Origin: the human T2T-CHM13v2.0 reference genome, Homo sapiens
Reading direction: 5' to 3' (one strand)
Length of the DNA: 64,000 nucleotides
NCBI RefSeq assembly: GCF_009914755.1
Contig: NC_060930.1
Shown: positions 51,188 through 64,000 of the stretch, piece after piece
Numbering within the stretch: position 1 is the first letter of the stretch
Layout of the letters: each line of letters opens with the position of its first letter
Notes under the pieces: generated by a model
What the model was told of the DNA's origin: nothing
Database searches by the model: none
What the model saw: the letters and a program-made list of their open reading frames with translations, nothing else
Position numbers and translations under genes: made by a program

Positions 51188-53548
51188 TCAAAAACAAAAC
51201 AAAACAAAAACTACAGAGAAAACAGAGCTGTGGAAAGAAGGAAGTGTAATCATAATATCCTGTATGACTTAGCCTTGAAAAATATTGAATTAATCTTATT
51301 TGGTTTTAATGTATTTATTTATAACAGAGATGGGTCTTGCTATGTTACCCAGGGTAGTCTCAAACTCTTCGCCTCAAGCAGTCCTCCCACCTCAGCTTCC
51401 CAAAGTGCTGGGATTACAGGTGTGAGCCACTGTGCCCAGCTATCATATTTTTTAAATCAACAATTGTGACATAATTACATCGAGAGAGGAAGAGTAGGGC
51501 AGGTGAAGGTAGGCAAGATGAGTGTTAGAATGCCAAATTCCATCTGTCCTATTCAGAAGGAAGAACAAAAATCCCCAAAATTGAAAAAAAAAAGACAAGA
51601 ATTAACAATGTATATAAATTATTTAGAAATATGAAGGTAAATAAATACCAGAAGAAACAACTGAAACAATTCAGATGATTCCCTCTGGGAGTGTAAATGG
51701 GGAAGGGACTCAGAGACTGCTGTTTCTCACTAGAGGCCTTACATTATTTGACTTTTTAAACTGTGTACGTGCATTACTTTGAAATAAAAACTTAATTTTA
51801 AAAGCATTAAAAGGCTGAATCTGGCGGCTGATGCCTGTAATCCCAAAACTTTGGGAGGCCAAGGCAGGAGGGAATGCTTCAGCCTGGGAGTTCGAGATCA
51901 GCCTGGGCAAAATAGCGAGACTCCATCTCTATTTTAAAAACGTGTGTGTAAACATATATGTGTATATATATATGAAAAAGAAATTAGCAAGGCATAGTGG
52001 CTTCCACCTGTAACTCTAGCTCCATGAGAGGCTGAGGCAGGAGGATTGCTTGAGCCCAGGAGTTCAAGGTTATGTATGATCTATGCCTCCAAATTTTCAG
52101 AAAGGCTAATTTGAGTAATAACAAAACTCTGGTCTCCCATTTAGCCAGCTCTACATGTATTAAACTCTTTTTCTATTGCAATTCCCCTGTCTTGATAATG
52201 TTCATAGCTCAGTGGTGTGAGCTATGATTGCACCACTGCACTCCAGCCCAGGTGAAAGAGTAAGAGGCTATCTCAAAAAAGAAAGAAAGAAAGAAAAAAG
52301 AAAAAAAGTAATTCCTGGCAGTAATTCAGTATCTAAATGGAACTTCCAGTTTCCAACCCTTAATGTATTCCTATCAACTAGATTCTAGTTGAGAAACTCT
52401 ACATTCCATACTTCACAAAACCACAAAGTATGGAAATGTACAGTTGCTCAGCAGAACATAGCTTTTTCTGGTCTAAGATCTGAGAAAATTCCCCTCCAGA
52501 TCCTTCTTAAGGAAACCCCATCTGATGATGTGATTAGCATCCTCCACAACATTCCTATCCCAAATACAAGTGAGGATCACGAATCTACACGACATTTTTT
52601 AAAATAGCCCCCTCTGTGCCTAACACTAAAGCACAGCTCAGTCAAAGCAAGTCTGTGAAAGATGAAAGTACATAATTCAATGTTATGGTTGCAACTGAAG
52701 CTAGAGGCAGGTGTAGTTAGAGAATCAGGTACATATCCCTTAGGCACTTTTCTGCCAATATTATTTTTTCGAATAAAACTTTTGATGAGGTTGGTTAACA
52801 CACATAGAGTGCAGGTATTCTGTGGCAGATTATCTAGTAGACAAAACAGAGAGAATAACATCTTTTTATGAAAATCTAAGAGCCTACCTAACTTTAGGTG
52901 TCGGAACACACGCGCTCCATCTCCATCCAAACGTTTGTGCCAGTGGAGTTGCGGGCTGCTGCAGGTGGAGGTAGGCAAGAGGAGTGCTAATTCTAGTGCT
53001 AATTCCCAGTCAGCCCCATGTGCAACCAGATCATGCTCTGATAGCTGGAGAACCATCTCAAAAGCACCACCACCGGAGGTTCTGTACTGAAATAGGGCTG
53101 AAAGGATTCAGGTGGGTCAATAGTGCCTGCTGAAGGAGGCAGCCGTGGGTGGGGCTAGGATTTGGCCTTTCTGAGTGCCTTGGTTTAATATCATCTAGTA
53201 ACTCCCAAAGTGCACCATTGCTCCTAACAGTTATATACATGATGCATCTTCTGATGAATTTCAGAATTTTATGAACTTAATTTTTATGAGGTCTTTTTTT
53301 TTCACTTTTAATAATTTTTTTTTTTTACTACACAGAAGCACAAGGTTAAAAAAAATTACCAGCATATTTTTTCCAATGGGAAATCAGTTGTAAAATACAT
53401 ATTTTTAATCAACTTCAAAAAAAGATATATTAGAAAATAAGAGTTTCATGATTTAATGGTAGACATTGGGGATAGACATTCTCTCTAGCCTTCGTATAAT
53501 AGATGGCAAAAAATAATAATTCCAGTTCTGTAATTTTACAAGTATTCA

Positions 53549-54279
53549 TGTAACTGCCCCATGAGTTCTTGCTCTTTGCCCAGACAGAGCAGATTTATCA
53601 AGACAGGGGAACTGCAATAGAGAAAGATTTTAAGACACATAGAGCTGGCTAAATGGGAGACCAGAGTTTTGTTATTACTCAAATCAGCCTCTCTGAAAAT
53701 TTGGAGGCTAGGGTTTTTTAAGGATAGTTTCATGGGCAAGAGGCTAGGGAATGGGGAATGCTGATTGGTTCCATTGGGGATGAAATCATAGGGGGCTGGA
53801 ACTTGTCCTCTTGTGCTGAGTCAGTTGCTGGTTGGTGACCATAAGATCAGAAGACCCAGCTTGGCAGTCTGGGTGGTGCCAGCTGATCCATCAGAATGCA
53901 GGATCTGAAAAATACCTCAAATACCAATCTTAGGTTTTTCAATACTAATCTGTAGGTGCAACCGGGGAGGTTGGAATCTTGTGGCCTCTGGCTGTATGAC
54001 TCCTGAGCCATAATTTCCAGTCTGTGGCTAATGTGTTAGTTTTATAAAAGCAGTCTGGTCCCCAAGCAAGGAGGGAGTTTGTTTCAGGGAAGAGTCTAGG
54101 TAATCATCTTTGTTTCATAGTTAAACTATGAACTAAATTCTTCCCAAAGTTAGTTTGGCCTATGCCCAGGAATGAACAAGGGCAGCTTAGAGGTTAGAAG
54201 CAAGATGGCGTCAGTGAGGTCAGCTTTCTTTCGCTGTCAGATTTTTCTCACTGTCATCATTTTTGCAAAGGTGGTTTCA
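53549..54279 (-). mobile_element. LTR8/LTR8A-type ERV1 solo LTR
   Basis: Reverse strand TGAAACCACCTTTGCAAAAATGATGACAGTGAG...GGGGCAGTTACA; perfect 4-bp TSD TTCA (53545-53548, 54280-54283). Confidence 0.88.
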
Positions 54280-54478
54280 TTCATATTCCGCATTGTATCT
54301 AACTGCGTGCTTTAACATCTTTATTTCCTAATGGGAAAGAATACACTCATGAGCAAGCTCAATGGGCTCTCTCTACGAGGTAATTTTAAACAGCATTTCT
54401 TTTCTGAAGTTTGATTATTGCAGTTAACTGTATGAAAATCTATACAGAACTCTTCAACTACAAAGGAAAACATCGATT

Positions 54479-54491
54479 TTTATTGTTTATT
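54479..54491 (-). terminator. ARMH2: ARMH2 tandem AATAAA poly(A) signals
   Basis: tttatt at 54479-54484 and 54486-54491 on +, ~60 nt after the stop codon. Confidence 0.7.
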
Positions 54492-54547
54492 TCAGTTTTC
54501 CAGGGTAATACACAGAGAGCTGCAACATGTAACTGGATTTAGAGAAA

Positions 54548-55024
<477 letters not shown>

Positions 55025-55178
55025 CTAGTAACACTTTGGAATGCTTATATGTTCATATTCTTGTTGCCCTGTAGAGGATACTTTGGATACTTTGAATTTT
55101 CCTGTCGTTTTCCCCCACCTCCCACGCTGCTGCCATGAAGACCAGAAAGTGTGTGTTGATAAGCAAGCAGTGATATGA

Positions 55179-55459
<281 letters not shown>

Positions 55460-55665
55460 TGATCAGCTGGTCTTGAACTCCAGACCTCAGGTGATTCACC
55501 CACCTTGGCCTCACAAAGTGCTGGGATTACAGGCGTGAGCCACCGTGCCTGGCCAAGAGTGAGTATTTCAAGGTGAATAAAACCTGGTTGTGTTCGCTTA
55601 GCAAATATCCCTCATCCAATGAAATGTTATCAGAATTTTAAGATTACAGCTAAGAAAAATTACTA

Positions 55666-56037
<372 letters not shown>

Positions 56038-56339
56038 TCACAGGAGTTCACAGTCAAGAACTCTGGAATGCATCACTTAGCAACACTGTGGAATGGAATA
56101 TACAAACCAGGGGAAAGCAATATATGCCTAAATTCTTCAGCTTGTCATTGAAAGCCTTCTACTATTTGGACTAAACAATTTTACTTTCATTTCTCTGGTG
56201 TACAAAACCTCAACTTAAACTTGTTTCCCGTAATGCGCATGAATCTCACTACTGTCTTTGAACCTTTGCTCAGGCAGGGTATATTTGGAACTTGCCCGTT
56301 CTAGTCTGATTATTCCCACATGTACTTTGCTTCTTTCCA

Positions 56340-58100
56340 TTGATCTTTCGTAGTATTGTTACCTCTTTTGCTTGTTTGCTACCCAAAGAGAGTTCTCTAC
56401 ATCATAGATTTATCTTATTTTGCTGAGAAAATAGAAGCAATGAAAAGAGAACTTGCATAACTCTTACCAGTGCATCCACCCACCTATCTGCGTCTACGGT
56501 ACCCATAGACTCTGTCTTTCCTCCTGTTACTGTGGATACCCTCTCTGTTTGTGCAGTAGATGTCAATCAGCTCCTCTCACCTCACTCAAGGATGTTGCTC
56601 TTCGGTTCTTCTCTTATCTTGGTAATTTTTCCATCTCAACTGGACCCTTTGCATTATCAACAAACACGCTGTGCTTTTTTTCTCATTAAAGAAAGAAAAC
56701 TCTCTTGACTTCATATGCTTTCTTCCCACAGCGACTGCACATTCACTTCCCTGCTCTCCTTTACAGTACAGCTCTTTAAAGAGCTGCTATACTCACCATC
56801 TCCAGTCTTTCTCATTCTTTCTTGGATGAATTCCAAACAAGATTTCAACCCCATGACTCCACTGACATTGCCTGTCAGGGTCATTGAATTGTCAGTCTTT
56901 GACATTTGACACTCCTTTCTCTCTGAAACACTTTTCACCCAGCTTCTAAGATACCACACTCCTAATTTTTCTCCTCCTGGCCACTCATCATTTTCCTTTA
57001 CTGGTTCCTCTTCTTATGACCTCTAAATATTGGAGGGCCCAAGGCTCATCAGTCTTTGTATGTGTTCTTCTTTTCTTTTCTTTTCTTTTTCTTTTTCTTT
57101 TTTTTTTTTTTTGAGTCATGGTCTGTCTGTGTCCCCCAGGCTGGAGTGCAGTGGCATGATCTTGGCCCACTGTAGCCTCGACCTCCTGGACTCAGGTGAT
57201 CCCCCCACCTCAGCCTTCTGAGTATCTGGGACCACAGGTGCACACTACCATGCCCAGCTAAATTTTTTGTAGGGATGAGGTTTTGCCATGTTGCCCAGGC
57301 TGGTCTTGAACTCCTGGGCTCAAACAATCCACCAACCTAGGCTTCCTAAATGCTGGGATTACAGGCGTAAGCCACCATGCCCGGTCCTTTTTTCTTTATC
57401 TATACTTCCTAGATAAGATCAAGCAGTTTATGGCTTTAACTATTACCCATATGCTGAAGACTCCCAGTTATATATATTATATATTATATATATATTAATT
57501 ATATGTATATATAATTTTTTTTGAGACATGTTCCCCTGTTGCCCAGGCTGGAGTGCAGTGGCCCAATCATAGCTCATTGCAGCCTTGATCTCCTGGGCTC
57601 AAGTGATCCTCCTGCCTCAACTTCCTGAGTAGCAGGGACTGTAGGCCACCACACCTAGCAAATTTTTAATTTTTTTTTTTTTAAGAAATGGGGGTCTCAC
57701 TATGTTGTCCAGGCTGTTTTGAACTCCTAGCTTCAAGCAATCCTCCCACCTTTGCCTCCCAAAGTGCTGTGATTATAGGCATGAGCCACTACGCCTGCTC
57801 CAATTTTATATCTTTAACTGGATTTCTCACCTGAACTCCAGACTCGTATTCAGTCACAAGCTTGATATCCCCATTTGAATGTCCAAGACGCTTTTCAGTT
57901 TTAACATGTCCAAAACAGAGTTCCAGGTCTTCCTCCCTAGACTGGCTGCCTCTCAGTTTCTATATCTTGGAAGATGGTATTACATCCTTCTAGTTGTTCA
58001 GGTAAAAAATTCTAGATTCATCCTTGGCTTCTATCTATCTCACATCTCATTTTCAACTTATCAATGAATGTACTGGCTCTACTTTAAAACATATCCCAAA
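56340..58100 (+). mobile_element. L2 remnant interrupted by two antisense Alus (57065-57387, 57514-57797)
   Basis: Typical L2 text: tttgacatttgacactcc..tgaaacactt, tatgctgaagactccca, ctgaactccagactcgtat. Confidence 0.7.
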
Positions 58101-58407
58101 TTTGAGACATTCTACAGAATATACCTACATATGCTCTTCAAATATTTTAATGTGTGAAGGCTTAAAAAAATTGGGGTTACTCTGCTAGATTAAAAGAGCC
58201 TGAGAGACATGACAACTAAAATAAAAATGTAGGCCGGGTGCAGTGGCTCTCACCTGTAATCCCAGCACTTTGGGAGGCCAAAGCATGTGGATCATCTGAG
58301 GTCAGGAGTTCAAGACCAGCCTGGTCAATACAGTGAAACCCTTTTTCTACTAAAAATACAAAAATTAGCCAGGCGTGGTGGTGCACGCTTGTAATCCCAG
58401 CTACTCA

Positions 58408-59240
<833 letters not shown>

Positions 59241-59266
59241 TTTCAAGGCTTTTGTACTTACTGTTG

Positions 59267-60014
<748 letters not shown>

Positions 60015-61162
60015 TAAAATTTTTGTAGAGATGGGAGTTTCAGTATGCCATGCAGACTGGTCTTGATTTCCTGGCTTCAAGGGATCCTCAGCCTTGGCCT
60101 CCCAAAGTGCTGGAATTACAGGTGTGAGCCACTGTGCCGGCCCCTGACTACTCTCTTTAAACTTGTGATCTTTGCTTTCTCCCTGTGTCTGTCTTCACCC
60201 CACCTTGTGCAATCATTTTTCCCCTTCTCTGCTTTGTTGTCTTCGCTTTGCCAGGATATAAGGCCTGGGAGGGCAGGGATTGTTGTGTCTTTTATTTTTC
60301 TCTACTACTCTATTTCCAGTGCCAAGAACAGTCCTTGGCATACACCTCGTTCATAGTAAGTAAGCAACAAATACTTGTTGAATGCATGAGAAGTTAGAGT
60401 TCTAATTTTTAGCAAACAATTATTATTCCTTGAACAAGGTGTACTTAGGACTGTCTCAAAATCAAAAGATAATATTTGTTTACTAAGAGGTACTGTCTCC
60501 AGGAAAAGTCAGGGATAAAAGTATTTTATTTGAGTTTTTCTGATACAGCGAGAAGTACTGGCATTTTTCAGTGAACTAAGGTTTACAATTTTACTTTACA
60601 ATTTTGTAAAGTAACTAAGGCAATTTAGTTAAACAGTATAGTAGCAAACCTTATAGAGGAAAATGTTTGTACCACTGACTCAGTAAAAGCAATCACTGGT
60701 ATTTAACGAGTCACTTGGTAAATACTGTCAGAGTTGAAAGTCAAAGGCTTCTTTGTGATGATGCTGGTGGGGTCTGAGTGGGAACAGAACATACACAAAT
60801 CAGTGAAGGCACTTTTTATTTTTTTTTCCCCGAAACAGAATCTCACTCTGTTGCCCAGGCTGGAGTGCAGTGGCACGATCTTGGGGTAAGCCACCATGCC
60901 TATTTGCCCTCAAGGAGCTCACAGTCTCTGCTCATAGATACAACAGTGAAACTTAGCTGTTTTCTCTCCAATTAGCTTTACAACAAACTGAGATTTATTA
61001 TCTCTATTTAGAGATAAAGGAATTTCAAATTGAAAATAAAAGCACGAGCTGTGGTGGCTCACACCTGTAATCCCAGCACTTTGGGAGCTCGAGGCGGGCA
61101 GATCACCTGAGGTTGGGAGTTCGAGACCAGCTGATCAACATGGAGAAACCCCATCTCTACTA

Positions 61163-61321
<159 letters not shown>

Positions 61322-61429
61322 TCAAAATAAATAAATAAAATAAAATAAAGGTGAAAATGAGGTGCAGTGTGTTCTGTAAATACCAACTCAGAAAGGGCAT
61401 GTGAAAAAAAATAACATCAGACTGCACAT

Positions 61430-63515
<2,086 letters not shown>

Positions 63516-63616
63516 TTAAAAGGCTGTGGCAACTTCAGTTCCATGACGACCTCCGACTTTAACACAGTCTCGAGGAAATTTGTCCAATTGTTCATATGCC
63601 AGCCGCCCATCTTCTC
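63516..63616 (-). CDS. RIPOR2: RIPOR2 (FAM65B) last coding exon: (G)EDGRLAYEQLDKFPRDCVKVGGRHGTEVATAF*
   Basis: Acceptor tgtatttag|GA, 101 nt (phase 1), TAA at 63516-63518. Peptide recognised as the RIPOR2 C-terminus; the rest of the gene lies beyond the window. Confidence 0.9.
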
Positions 63617-64000
63617 CTAAATACAGAACATTAAACATGAATACCAATTCAAACTTAACGTTTTTATTCATTACTCAAAGTAACATAGTGCCAATTGTTT
63701 AGGGATGGGTTGCTATAATATGCTATGCTAACTTTTGGTAAGGAAAAGTTATCTTTTGTTATTCCTAATTATGTCATTGTTTTCCAGGTAATGCTTAGAA
63801 CAACCAAGAACTTTTGAGCTAATTAATGCCAGAGACCAACAGAATGCCAGGGTATGAAACAGAGTAGAAGTCTTATGGCCATTTGATGTTGATGATTTCA
63901 TATAATCGATTTATTTTAGAGCAATTGTATGGATTATATTTTAAGTACATTAGGGATTTCAATATGGCTAATGCACTGAACTTTTACATAACTTTTACTT

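Overview
Primate (human-type) genomic DNA, very Alu-dense, which I recognise as the GMNN-ARMH2-RIPOR2 region of chr6p22. It contains: (1) the complete geminin gene GMNN on + (CpG-island promoter ~31900-32700, six coding exons that splice to 630 nt = 209 aa + stop); (2) the two-exon gene ARMH2/C6orf229 on - (693 nt = 230 aa + stop); (3) the last exon and 3' UTR of RIPOR2/FAM65B on -; (4) a decayed AP3S1 processed pseudogene on -, split by a THE1/MST LTR and an Alu; (5) many solo LTRs (MER41B, MER4, LTR12C, LTR8, MER52, THE1/MST, MLT1), DNA-transposon relics (MER20, MER58, MER91, MER3, MER33, Tigger2, half a MADE1), L1/L2/MIR fragments and ~55 Alus. Most ORFs in the supplied track are Alu/LTR artefacts. 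I see no support for a wholly new multi-gene system. The best leads are: a 114-bp inverted copy of the neighbouring LTR8 pasted into an Alu with snap-back junctions (plus two more templated-insertion scars in other Alus); phase-compatible acceptors that would allow an in-frame RIPOR2-ARMH2 read-through fusion; inverted Alus around GMNN exon 2, whose skipping makes Met28 (D-box-less geminin) the first AUG; and intact STAT1-GAS, CTCF and SETMAR motifs. Exon coordinates were counted by hand. Repeat subfamily names come from memory of consensus sequences, and repeat boundaries without TSDs are approximate.
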